A program made the translations under genes and the position numbers. The notes below the pieces were generated by a model that saw only the letters and a program-made list of their open reading frames with translations, had not been told where the DNA came from and made no database searches. 64,000 bases of DNA, taken from contig OY969696.1 of the NCBI GenBank assembly GCA_963702005.1, positions 1 to 64,000 on the forward strand, given 5' to 3'. The stretch comes from Candidatus Aminicenantes bacterium (GTDB lineage Bacteria > Acidobacteriota > Aminicenantia > Aminicenantales > JAFGBC01). The stretch's first letter is position 1, and every line of letters starts with the position of its first letter. This document shows positions 51,969 to 61,291 of the stretch, piece after piece.

Positions 51969-52790
51969 CTATTTCGCCGCCGGGCCTTCCCTGGTTTGAA
52001 CTTCGGTCCCGAGGCGGAGGACATCCTTCGCGGACAGGACCTTCAGGGTGGCCGTGGTCGGGCCGGCGTCGATGACGACCAGGTTGGCGATGGCCTGGCG
52101 GGGAACATCCCCCTGGACGCGGCGGAAGGCGACAAGCTGCCGGCCGACCGTGACGCCGTTCTCGGTCCCCAAGTTGATGAGGACCCAATACCCGGTCGCG
52201 GCTTGTTCCAGCGTGTCGATGAGGTAAATGACTCGGCCGCTGACGCCCTCGCCCTCGGCCGGGGCCGGCTCGTAGCCCTGATCCTGGCCCTGCAGGATGG
52301 CCCCTTCCGAGAAGGGGACCAGGTAATAGCCGACCATGACCTGCCCGCAGGATTTTTCGAGACGGACGGTCGCCCGGGTCTCATCGACGGCGACGACCCG
52401 CGCCCGGCCCCGCTTGAGGCCGATCGCTCCCAGGTTGGCGCCTGAGACGGGATCGACGACATCGGAACCGACTTCCACGATCAGGAACAGCTGATCGACC
52501 GCGACCCCGCCCTTCGACCCCCGGTTGATGAAACACAGGTCGGCGTCGGTCAGCAGGACCTTCTCCTCGCCATGCTCGGCCGCAAGAATCTTGATTTCGG
52601 GACGCGTGCGGCCAAGGAGGAAGAACGAACAGTAGAGGTCCGCGTTGCCGAGGAGCTTGAAAGTCTTATGCTCGCGCTTCGCTTTCTCGATCGGGCTTTC
52701 CTGCGCGGATACGATCGGGACCGACAAAGCCAGGACCAGAATCGCCGCCGTCAGGCTCAGGACTGAACAGAGGGCTGTCCTTTTTTTCAT
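51969..52790 (-). CDS. exported protein with two FlgT-C-like beta domains
   Basis: Signal peptide; repeated INRGSKGGV / INLGTENGV motifs. Confidence 0.65.
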   Translation of the reverse strand: MKKRTALCSVLSLTAAILVLALSVPIVSAQESPIEKAKREHKTFKLLGNADLYCSFFLLGRTRPEIKILAAEHGEEKVLLTDADLCFINRGSKGGVAVDQLFLIVEVGSDVVDPVSGANLGAIGLKRGRARVVAVDETRATVRLEKSCGQVMVGYYLVPFSEGAILQGQDQGYEPAPAEGEGVSGRVIYLIDTLEQAATGYWVLINLGTENGVTVGRQLVAFRRVQGDVPRQAIANLVVIDAGPTTATLKVLSAKDVLRLGTEVQTREGPAAK

Positions 52791-52884
52791 GGTCTTACCT
52801 CTTTCGCGGATTCAGCGTTTATCACCTTTGAAGTCATTATAGTTTTGTCTCCGCGCCCGTGTCAAGAAAATCAAAGACAAGATT

Positions 52885-53035
52885 AGGGTCAAACCTGCAT
52901 TTTGCGCTTCAGATCAAGGAATTCAGGGGACACACGACTTAATTCAAATCCAAGTTTCAATAAATACGCTTAGTCTGGAATTAAGTCGTGTGTCCCCAGA
53001 ATTCCGGTTTGTCCCCTGAATTCCGGTTTGACCCT
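52885..53035. repeat. nested inverted-repeat (REPIN/MITE-like) element
   Basis: Inner 28-bp IR at 52918-52945 / 52978-53005; outer IR agggtcaaacc / ggtttgaccct. Confidence 0.75.
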
Positions 53036-53077
53036 GCTTGATGGGATTCTGTACAATAGCCGGAGAAAGCAGGGTTC

Positions 53078-54148
53078 ATGTCAGAAAAGCGCCGGAAGAC
53101 GGTCGTCGGCCTCCTCTTCGGGGGGCGGTCCGCCGAGCACGAAGTCTCCCTGAAGTCCGCCGCGGCCGTCTTCGAGCACCTCGACCCGCGGCGATTCAAG
53201 GTCGTTTCGATCTTCATCGCCCGGGACGGCCGCTGGGGGCGGGTCGAATCCCCTTCCGCGCCGCCTTCCCGGCTCAAGGCCGCCCGCTCGTTCCTGCCCT
53301 GGGCCAATAGGGCCATTCCGGCCGCCTTCAAGGCCGACATTTACTTCCCCATCCTCCACGGCCCCTATGGAGAGGATGGAACGGTCCAGGGCCTCCTCGA
53401 AATGGCCGACGTCCCCTACGTCGGGGCGGGCGTGCTGGCTTCGGCTGTCGGCATGGACAAGGCCGTCATGAAGACCCTGTTTGCCGCGCGGGGCTTGCCG
53501 ATCGTAAACCATATCGTGCTTATGGAAATGGAATGGCGAATGTCACCCGAAGCGGTCCTCGGCCGAATCCGGGACGGCTTCCGGCTCCCCTTGTTCGTCA
53601 AGCCCGGCAACCTAGGGTCGAGCGTCGGCATCAGCAAGGTCAAGGATTGGGGCGGGACCGGGAAAGCCCTCGAAGCGGCCTTCGCCTACGACCGGAAGAT
53701 CATCGTCGAGCAGGGCGTCCGGGGTCGCGAACTCGAATGCAGCGTCTTGGGCAACGACGAGCCGCGGGCGTCGCTTCCGGGCGAGCTCGTCCCCCACCGG
53801 GAGTTTTACGACTACGACGACAAATACGTCGACGGCCGGACCGAATTCAAGGTGCCGGCTCCCCTCGCGCCTCAGCTGACCGAGGAGGTGCGCCGACTCT
53901 CCGTCGAGGCCTTCCGGGCCGTGGACTGCGCCGGCCTGGCCCGGGTCGACCTCTTCCTGGAGGACGGCACGAACCGCCTGTACGTCAACGAGATCAACAC
54001 GATTCCGGGATTCACTACGATCAGCATGTATCCGCGGCTCTGGGAGGCAACCGGCCTCCCCTTCGCGGCCCTGGTCGAGGAGCTTATCCGGCTCGGCCTC
54101 GAACGGCATCGCGCCAAGAAACGGCGGGTCGACAGGCGCTCGCCATGA
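53078..54148 (+). CDS. ddl: D-alanine--D-alanine ligase
   Basis: FGGRSAEHEVS, LHGPYGEDG, GSSVGIS, NEINTIPGFT. Confidence 0.95.
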   Translation: MSEKRRKTVVGLLFGGRSAEHEVSLKSAAAVFEHLDPRRFKVVSIFIARDGRWGRVESPSAPPSRLKAARSFLPWANRAIPAAFKADIYFPILHGPYGEDGTVQGLLEMADVPYVGAGVLASAVGMDKAVMKTLFAARGLPIVNHIVLMEMEWRMSPEAVLGRIRDGFRLPLFVKPGNLGSSVGISKVKDWGGTGKALEAAFAYDRKIIVEQGVRGRELECSVLGNDEPRASLPGELVPHREFYDYDDKYVDGRTEFKVPAPLAPQLTEEVRRLSVEAFRAVDCAGLARVDLFLEDGTNRLYVNEINTIPGFTTISMYPRLWEATGLPFAALVEELIRLGLERHRAKKRRVDRRSP

Positions 54149-54573
54149 GGACCCTCGGCGTCGACTACGGCGACCGGACGCTGGGCCTGGCCATGACCGA
54201 CCCGATGGGCATCGCGGCCCACCCCTTCGCCAGCTACCGGCTCAAGGCCAAGGACGAGGACAACCGCCGCTATTTCCGGGAACTGGTCGAGCACTACCAG
54301 ATCGCCGAAATCGTCATCGGCATTCCGCTGCGTATGGACGGAAGCTCGGGGACGCGCGCCGAGAAGACGCGGGAGTTCGCCGTCTGGCTCGAGGAGACCG
54401 CCGGTCGTCCCATTATCTTTTGGGACGAGCGGCTGACGACGCGGGAAGCCCTGGCCGTCCTCCGCCGCCAGAACGTCCGGAGCGAGTCCCAGAAGGGCCT
54501 CAAAGACCAGGTCGCGGCCGCCATCATCCTGTCCGCCTACATCGAGAGCAAGCGCGCTTCCCATGATCCGTAG
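54145..54573 (+). CDS. ruvX: YqgF/RuvX pre-16S rRNA nuclease
   Basis: LGVDYGDRTLGLA, WDERLTT, DQVAAAIIL. Confidence 0.92.
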   Translation: MRTLGVDYGDRTLGLAMTDPMGIAAHPFASYRLKAKDEDNRRYFRELVEHYQIAEIVIGIPLRMDGSSGTRAEKTREFAVWLEETAGRPIIFWDERLTTREALAVLRRQNVRSESQKGLKDQVAAAIILSAYIESKRASHDP

Positions 54574-55573
54574 AGCCCTGGCCGTCCTCTTGCTGTTCGC
54601 CCAGGCCGCCGTCTTCTTCGCCGCCGTCTGGGTCATCCGCGGCCTCTACGCTCCGCTCCGCCTCCGGTCCGATCCGATCCTGTTCGAGGTTTCGAAGGGA
54701 AACGGGGTCGGGGCCGTGGCTTTTCGGCTCAAGAAGGAAGGCTTCGTCGAGCGGACGGGGCCGCTTCTCGCCGCCTACAGGATTTTCTTCGCTCCGCGCC
54801 GGATCAAAGCCGGCGAATACAGCTGGAAAGCGCCCCTCACCGTAAAACGCGCGCTCCTGGACATGGTCGAGGGCAAGGTCCATCTCCGCTCCTTCACGGT
54901 TCCCGAAGGATTGACCGCCCGGGAAACGGCCGCCATGCTCGAAGCCCAAGGATCGTGGAGGGCCGCCGAATTCCTGAGCGCGGCCCGCGACGTCTCGCTC
55001 ATCGCCGACTTGGACCCGAAGGCCCGGAGCCTCGAAGGATACCTCTATCCCGAAACCTACTTCTATCCGAAAGGCTCGGAAGCCCCCGAGATCGTGAAGG
55101 CCATGGTCGAAAGGTTCAGGTCCGTCTTCGACGCCGGCTTCCAGGCTCGGACCCGGCGCCTGGGGATGACGGTCCGGGAAGCGGTGACTCTGGCGTCCCT
55201 GATCGAGAAAGAAACCTCGCTCCCGGCCGAGAAACGGCTCGTCTCGGCCGTCTTCCAGAACCGGCTCCGGATCGGGATGAAGCTTGACTGCGACCCGACC
55301 ATCATCTACGCCCTCAAGGAGGAGGGGCGCTTCACGGGGAACCTCCGGCGCCGCGATTTGGAGTCGCCCGGCCCTTACAACAGTTACCTCCGCCCGGGGC
55401 TGCCGCCCGGCCCGATCTGCAACCCGGGCCGCGACTCGCTCGAGGCCGCCCTCGACCCGGCCGATGTTCGCTTTCTCTACTTCGTGTCCCGGAACGACGG
55501 CAGCCACGTCTTCAGCGCGTCCTTCCGCGACCACCAGAGCGCCGTTCGCAAGTATCAACCCATCCGCCGCTAA
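54563..55573 (+). CDS. mltG: endolytic transglycosylase MltG (YceG)
   Basis: LEGYLYPETY, LASLIEKET, DPTIIY, PPGPICNPG, LYFV. Confidence 0.93.
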   Translation: MIRRALAVLLLFAQAAVFFAAVWVIRGLYAPLRLRSDPILFEVSKGNGVGAVAFRLKKEGFVERTGPLLAAYRIFFAPRRIKAGEYSWKAPLTVKRALLDMVEGKVHLRSFTVPEGLTARETAAMLEAQGSWRAAEFLSAARDVSLIADLDPKARSLEGYLYPETYFYPKGSEAPEIVKAMVERFRSVFDAGFQARTRRLGMTVREAVTLASLIEKETSLPAEKRLVSAVFQNRLRIGMKLDCDPTIIYALKEEGRFTGNLRRRDLESPGPYNSYLRPGLPPGPICNPGRDSLEAALDPADVRFLYFVSRNDGSHVFSASFRDHQSAVRKYQPIRR

Positions 55574-55598
55574 GCGCGGCTCCATATCAGCCGCTGAA

Positions 55599-55658
55599 GT
55601 CAACCCCTCGACACCCATACTAAGCCGTTTTCGGCTTAGTATGAGTGCTGCAAGGCTG
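55599..55658. repeat. REP-like unit, family A (partial)
   Basis: Near-identical to 51850-51909, but the hairpin loop is tttt instead of gaaa. Confidence 0.7.
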
Positions 55659-55702
55659 CTCCCCGGCCGAAGCTCCACGGACTAATGCTCATTGGAGCGC
55701 CA

Positions 55703-55734
55703 GTACTCATGAACCGGAAACGGTTCATGAGTAC
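55703..55734. repeat. perfect 14-bp hairpin with GAAA loop
   Basis: gtactcatgaaccg-gaaa-cggttcatgagtac. Confidence 0.75.
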
Positions 55735-55750
55735 ATGAATGCCTAGAGCG

Positions 55751-55841
55751 TGGAATTCGGGGGACACACGACTTAATTCGTCGCGAGACATGAAAAGATT
55801 AACTCCACTCGGGAATTAAGTCGTGTGTCCCCCGAATTCCA
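55751..55841. repeat. REPIN/MITE-like inverted-repeat doublet
   Basis: Perfect 29-bp IR tggaattcgggggacacacgacttaattc with a 33-bp spacer; same arms as 52918-53005. Confidence 0.8.
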
Positions 55842-56012
55842 ACTATCAAACGTCCGTGGAATCCCGCGAAGGGGATTGAAATCATTACTCGAAAACCTTG
55901 AAAAAAAGCCGGGAATTCTGTTAAGATGTTGCTTTGCCGATAGACATCCTGGGATTGCGAGAGAGAGGACGATCCGCAGATGCCTAAAGGTGAGCAGAAT
56001 AGAGGAGGAAAT

Positions 56013-57086
56013 ATGAAAACGAGATACGGAATCGCGGCAGTCCTGATCGTGGCGTTCGTCCTCGTCGTCATCGGAACGAACGGGCTCTTCGCCCAGGACA
56101 AAGGCAAAGCCCAGCCCGAACAGCAGCGGGTCTATATCCCCAAGCAGGTCAAGGCCGTCCTTCAGGAAGGCTTGCTGACCCGGCAGGGCCGTCAGGATAT
56201 CCCTTTCAGCTTTGCCCGGCATCTGTACCTTCCGGCCCGGGACAGCCTCCACAACATCATCTATTTTAAAGTTAAGAACGCGGACCTGAACTACGCGCCC
56301 ACCGCCGTCGTCCCGGCCGCTCCCACCGCGCCCGAACAGGCCCAGCCGGCGGCCGCGCCCGCTTCTCTCGAGGCCAAATTCAACGTCTTCCTGTGGTTCT
56401 CGACGCTCGCCGAGGACGGGATGCTCCAGACCATCAAGGAAGTCTATGTCCCGGCCACGATCGAGACGCCCGCCGAGGGCTATGACCCCGAGAAGGTCGA
56501 ATCCTATTCGTTCGGCTACCCGCTGCCGGCCGGACGTTACTTGCTGGCCATGGCCGTCACCTCGCAGGATCTGTCCAAGATCGGGACCGGCTATTTCGAG
56601 TTCGCGACGCCGAACCCGGCGGGCCTGGCCGGCCAGATCGACACGACCCCGATCTTCTTCGCCAAGTCCTTCGACCAGATGCAGGCTCCGGAAACCCGGA
56701 CCGAGATCCACAAGGATTATTTCACCTACTCGATCCTCAAGCTGGAGCCCAAAACGGAGAACGTCTTCGCCCAGGGCGAGAACCTGGACATCTTTTTCTT
56801 CATCTTCGGCCTCAAGCTCAACGACCAGCAGAAATACGACCTCCTGATCAGCTACGAGGTTAGAAAGGGCGAAGAGACGGCCATCCGCTATGAGGATCAG
56901 CCTTCCGTCTCCCCGCTCGTCTCCCAGCCGCTGCCCTTGAAGCAGACCGTCCTCATCAAGTCCGATAAGGGCGAGACCAAGGAAGAGCGGGATCTCGGAG
57001 TCGGGCTCTACACGCTTGCCATCAAGATCACGGACAAGGTCTCGGGAGTGACGGCCGAAAAGAAGGTCGATTTCGAAATCAAGTAA
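56013..57086 (+). CDS. exported hypothetical protein with Ig-like beta domains
   Basis: Signal peptide and GAGGAGG RBS. The C-terminal GLYTLAIKITDKVSG resembles the beta domains at the ends of the neighbouring GWxTD proteins. Confidence 0.75.
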   Translation: MKTRYGIAAVLIVAFVLVVIGTNGLFAQDKGKAQPEQQRVYIPKQVKAVLQEGLLTRQGRQDIPFSFARHLYLPARDSLHNIIYFKVKNADLNYAPTAVVPAAPTAPEQAQPAAAPASLEAKFNVFLWFSTLAEDGMLQTIKEVYVPATIETPAEGYDPEKVESYSFGYPLPAGRYLLAMAVTSQDLSKIGTGYFEFATPNPAGLAGQIDTTPIFFAKSFDQMQAPETRTEIHKDYFTYSILKLEPKTENVFAQGENLDIFFFIFGLKLNDQQKYDLLISYEVRKGEETAIRYEDQPSVSPLVSQPLPLKQTVLIKSDKGETKEERDLGVGLYTLAIKITDKVSGVTAEKKVDFEIK

Positions 57087-57121
57087 TCCTTGACGAGCGG
57101 GAAAATATCCCGAATCGCTCG

Positions 57122-59206
57122 TCAGGGACGTTTCTCGATCTCCGCCGCTAGCTTCCGGACCTCCGGCTGGGAAGGATTGAGCTTCAGGGAGGCTTTGAAC
57201 GCCTCGAGGGCCTTGGCCTTCTGACCCGTTTTCTGGTAGCAGGAGCCGAGCGCGTTCAGGAGTTGCGTATCGCTGTTGTAGATCCGGTTCCCGGCCAGTA
57301 AGCTTTCGATGGCCTCGGGATAGAGCCCTTTTTCCATCTGGGCCGTCCCGCGCAGCCGCCAGTAATCGAAAGCCTTCTGGGGATCGTCCTTGATCCGCTC
57401 CACGAGCTCGAGGGCCTTGTCGTACTTCCGGACCTTGACCAGGAACTGGGCGTACCAGAGGGCGCCGTTCTTGTAATCCGGGTTCATCGCAAAAGCCCGG
57501 TCGTAGTGGGCTTCGGCCTTGTCGTCGACGCCAGCCTTGTCGTACTGACGGGCCAGCATGTAGAAATAGAGGAATTGGTTGGCGAGGGGGACGGCCTTCG
57601 AGTTCGAGACCGGATGACCCATGGCCTTCTCGGCCGTGACGATGAAGTTCGCCGAGGCCTCGTCGAGGACCGTTCCCGCCCCGTCGACCCAAGTCAGGGT
57701 CAGCTTGTAATAATCGGGCTCGAGCTCGCCAGCCGAGATGGACTGACTGAGGCCGAGCATCCGGCTCGGCTGGTAACTCTGGAGCCGGACGATATAGGAC
57801 TTCTGGACGGGATTCTTCTCGCGCAGCCCCTGGACGCCGACCCGGACCTCGCCGGCGCGCAGTCCCTCGTCGAACCGGGACAGGTTGAATAGAAAGGTGA
57901 CCGGGTCGGCCGCGGCGTAAGTGTTCCGGGGGTCGACGGCGAGCTTGCTGTCCAAGACCTTAAAGGGCAGCTGGATGTCGCGCGGGTAAGTTTCGACCCG
58001 GTAGCCGAGGTAGGGGCCGAAAATATGAGGCGCGGCCGGTTCGCCGGGCACGTCGATGTCCCTCTCGACGACCGAGAACTCCTTGCCGACCGCGTTCTGG
58101 AGGAGGATCGACATCTTGTAGCGCCCTTCCGCGGCCGGGAAACAATCCTCGATGGCCAGGCCGTTGGCCTGGATCCGGGGAAGTTCCTCCTCCTTGAAAT
58201 AGAGGGTGTAATCCCGGTTGTACTGGAAGAGGATCGTCTCCCCCTGGCGGAGGCTGACGTCGAGCCGGAAGGCGCAATAGTAGCGCTCCTTGGGGTTGTA
58301 GTAGTCGAGCGAGACGGTCTTGGGAACGACCGAGAAGTGAACGAAGGAAAGCCCGATCAGGGGATCGGGGATGATGTCGACGGCCGCGTCGCTTTCGATG
58401 TAGTTCGTCAGATACTCCGTGCTGACGATGCCTTTATAGTTCAGGAAGTGGGTCGCGTAGGATGTGTTGATGTCTTTCTGGGGCGACTGGAGGATGTCGG
58501 CTATCAGGATGCTGTTCCGGGGCGAGGGCGAATAATCGGGATTGTATTCGCCCGGAATGTAGGAAATGGACAGGTCGGCCAGGGTCGGCTCCATCTCCTT
58601 GATCTTTTCGTAAAGCTCGAGGTAGTCCGTGGGATCGACGTCGCGCTTGTTGACGAGAAGGCTGGCCGGGCCGTCGGCGACCGGGTCGTAGAGCTTGTAC
58701 TCGCCGACCCCGCCCCGCTGGAAGAAGAGCAGGACGAAGAGGGACGGGAGTTCCTTCGCGGGATCGCCGTAATAGGACCAGCCCTCGCAGGGGACGATAT
58801 GGGCCGAGACCTCGAAGCGCTCGATCGAGACCGGCGGTCCGAGGATGATATAAATACGGCCCCGGTCTGTCCGCCAGCCCTCCCGGACCGTGCTCCGCCC
58901 GTAGATTTTATTGGCGTAGGCGAAACGCTTGAGGTGCTCATCCTTGTACTCGTTCTCGGGCGTCCCCGGGGTCGGGTCCCGCTGCCTCCAGAAAGCTTCG
59001 ATATAAGAATCCCGGTCCCGGTCCGTCTGGAGGGCCAGGAAGACCTCCTTTTCCTTGGGGGTGATGATGTAGGTGACGAGCTTGAGCCAATCCCGGTATG
59101 TCTCGCCGAGGCCGGCCTCGATGGATTTGGCGGCCTTGTCGCCCGAGGCGAACAGCGACGCCGCCAACAGGCTTCCGCAGACGAGAGAGACGATTTTCTT
59201 GTTCAT
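57122..59206 (-). CDS. GWxTD domain protein with C-terminal TPRs
   Basis: FWRQRDPTPGTPENE, GWRTDRGRIYIILGPP, TPR helices. Confidence 0.9.
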   Translation of the reverse strand: MNKKIVSLVCGSLLAASLFASGDKAAKSIEAGLGETYRDWLKLVTYIITPKEKEVFLALQTDRDRDSYIEAFWRQRDPTPGTPENEYKDEHLKRFAYANKIYGRSTVREGWRTDRGRIYIILGPPVSIERFEVSAHIVPCEGWSYYGDPAKELPSLFVLLFFQRGGVGEYKLYDPVADGPASLLVNKRDVDPTDYLELYEKIKEMEPTLADLSISYIPGEYNPDYSPSPRNSILIADILQSPQKDINTSYATHFLNYKGIVSTEYLTNYIESDAAVDIIPDPLIGLSFVHFSVVPKTVSLDYYNPKERYYCAFRLDVSLRQGETILFQYNRDYTLYFKEEELPRIQANGLAIEDCFPAAEGRYKMSILLQNAVGKEFSVVERDIDVPGEPAAPHIFGPYLGYRVETYPRDIQLPFKVLDSKLAVDPRNTYAAADPVTFLFNLSRFDEGLRAGEVRVGVQGLREKNPVQKSYIVRLQSYQPSRMLGLSQSISAGELEPDYYKLTLTWVDGAGTVLDEASANFIVTAEKAMGHPVSNSKAVPLANQFLYFYMLARQYDKAGVDDKAEAHYDRAFAMNPDYKNGALWYAQFLVKVRKYDKALELVERIKDDPQKAFDYWRLRGTAQMEKGLYPEAIESLLAGNRIYNSDTQLLNALGSCYQKTGQKAKALEAFKASLKLNPSQPEVRKLAAEIEKRP

Positions 59207-59248
59207 GGCAGCAACCTCGCTCCGCTGGGATGGGACCCGCCCCGCGGT

Positions 59249-60178
59249 CTATCTCACCTTGATTTCGAAGATCTTGCGGATCTTGCCCGAGGCGCCCTCT
59301 TCGCCCCGGATGATGACGTCGCAGTAGTAGGAACCGGCCGCGAGCTCGACCGGAAAGCTGAAGGTCAGGGCCTTGCTCCGGACCAGCTCCTCCTGGGACA
59401 GGGAGAGGGATTGGCTCTTCTGGAATTTGTTCTTCCAGTTCCCCTCGGCCTGGTACAGGAAGAATTCGAAGGCCAGGCTCGCGTTGAGGCGGCCGGCCTC
59501 GTCCTTGAAGCTCAGCGTGTTGGCGGGGAGGGTCACGACCAGGCTTCGGGACGCCGCGTCGTAGGTCAGCTTGAAATCGACGTATCTCTTGCGGAAGACG
59601 TCGTTCCCCGTCGCGGCCTGGCCGAGTTTGACGATCTCCATGGCCTCGAAGAAATCCCCTTCATAGCGGCGGATCCGGTACTCGCCGGTTCCGCTCTCGT
59701 CGGCGAATTCGATCCCCAGATTGTAGTTGTAGTAGGCCCACCAGATGATCGACCCCCGGACGTCCTCCTCTCCATGGCTGAAGAATTCCTCGAACTTGTC
59801 GGGCGGGCCCATGTAAATATAGATTCGGCCCCTGTCCGTCTTCCAGCCCGGCCGGCCCTCCTTGAAGTGCTTGTTGGCGTATTCGATCCGGCGGTCGAAC
59901 TCGTCCTTGAACTCGTTGGCCGCAGTATCCGGGTCGGGATCGCGCTTGTCCCAGAAGTCTCGGATGAACTCTTTCCGGGCTTCGGCGTCCGGCAGCTGGC
60001 TGAAAATCTTCTGCTCCTCCCCTGTCATGATCAGCCGGGCCGTTTCGTAGAAGGCTTGGCTCTCGGGGTCGAGGGCGACCTTGGGTGTCGAGGCGCAACC
60101 GGGCCAGAAAGCCAGCGCAACGCCGAGCAGGACACCCGTTCCCCAAAAGGATAAAGACGCGCGTTTGATGGGATTCAT
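59249..60178 (-). CDS. GWxTD domain protein, probable lipoprotein
   Basis: FWDKRDPDP, GWKTDRGRIYIYMGPP; Cys after a hydrophobic N-terminus. Confidence 0.88.
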   Translation of the reverse strand: MNPIKRASLSFWGTGVLLGVALAFWPGCASTPKVALDPESQAFYETARLIMTGEEQKIFSQLPDAEARKEFIRDFWDKRDPDPDTAANEFKDEFDRRIEYANKHFKEGRPGWKTDRGRIYIYMGPPDKFEEFFSHGEEDVRGSIIWWAYYNYNLGIEFADESGTGEYRIRRYEGDFFEAMEIVKLGQAATGNDVFRKRYVDFKLTYDAASRSLVVTLPANTLSFKDEAGRLNASLAFEFFLYQAEGNWKNKFQKSQSLSLSQEELVRSKALTFSFPVELAAGSYYCDVIIRGEEGASGKIRKIFEIKVR

Positions 60179-60201
60179 GGGTCTTGCCGCCTCGCCCCTG
60201 G

Positions 60202-61125
60202 TTATTTCTTCTTCAGGGTGTCGAGGAAGCCCCGGACCTGGCCGGCCCGCTCCGACTCGGTGTCGATCGTCAGGTAGCGCTCGAAGGCCGCGATGGCCTC
60301 GGCGTTATTGCCCAGGGCCAGGTTGGACAGTCCCGTGTAGTAGATGGCGTCCGTGAATTCCTTCTGGATCTCGACGGCCCGCTTGTAGTAGCGGAGGGCG
60401 TCCTCGAACTTGGAGGAGTTGTAGAAACTCGTCCCGATGTTGTAGAGGACGATCGGGTCCTCGATCTTGTCGAACTGGATCTTCCCGTACCACTCGAGGG
60501 CCTTGTCGGCCAGGCCCCGGTTGGCATAGCTGTTACCGACCAGGAGCATGGCGTCGTAATTCTGGGGGTACTTGTCCAGGACTTTGAGGTAGTACTCCTC
60601 GGCCTTGGCATAGTCTTCCCGGGCGAAGTAGCAGTTGCCGATGTTTCTGTAGATGAGGGTGGCGTCGGGCGACTTGGCCAGGATTTCGTTGTAGACGGCC
60701 TCGGCCCCGGCGTAGTCCTTGGCTTCGAAGAGCTGGTTGCCCTTGGTCAGGAGCTCCTTGACTTCATCGGTGATGACCATGCCCACGACCTTGGCCAAAG
60801 CGACCTTGATCTCGGCGTTCCGGCCGTACTCCACGACGTCGGCGCTGATCTTCTTGGGTATGAACCCGATTTTCTCGAAATCGATGTTCCAGCCGCCGCC
60901 CCGGATCCAGGCGGCGACCCATTTCCCGTCCTTGTCGGAGAGGACCTCGAACCCGCTCTGACCCCTCAGGGAGAAGAGCTTGACCTTGACGCCGTCGAGG
61001 GGAGCACCCGCCTCGTCGTAAACGTAGCCGACGACGCGGCCTTTCCCCTTGTATTCTTGAGCGGCCGACAAGCCGCCGGCAAGGAAGAACAGGGTCGCGA
61101 ACAGGGCCGTCTTTCTCGTCATCAT
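60202..61125 (-). CDS. TPR protein with N-terminal carboxypeptidase-regulatory-like domain
   Basis: GYVYDEAGAPLDGV, SDKDGKW, multiple TPRs, signal peptide. Confidence 0.85.
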   Translation of the reverse strand: MMTRKTALFATLFFLAGGLSAAQEYKGKGRVVGYVYDEAGAPLDGVKVKLFSLRGQSGFEVLSDKDGKWVAAWIRGGGWNIDFEKIGFIPKKISADVVEYGRNAEIKVALAKVVGMVITDEVKELLTKGNQLFEAKDYAGAEAVYNEILAKSPDATLIYRNIGNCYFAREDYAKAEEYYLKVLDKYPQNYDAMLLVGNSYANRGLADKALEWYGKIQFDKIEDPIVLYNIGTSFYNSSKFEDALRYYKRAVEIQKEFTDAIYYTGLSNLALGNNAEAIAAFERYLTIDTESERAGQVRGFLDTLKKK

Positions 61126-61199
61126 CGCGCACCTCCGAACTTGAGCTCGAGCCCTCCTCGTCCTTCCGTTAAGGGCTTCATTTTAGCATTCCGCCCGGC

Positions 61200-61268
61200 A
61201 AAAAAAAAGGCCCCGCCCGTCCCGCACCGTCCCGAAAGGGACGGGACGGTGCGGGACGAACGGGCCTT
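61200..61268 (-). terminator. Rho-independent terminator of the TBDR gene
   Basis: Long GC-rich hairpin followed by T9 on the minus strand. Confidence 0.8.
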
Positions 61269-61291
61269 GAGTTTCTGCGTGTGCTCTCTGC

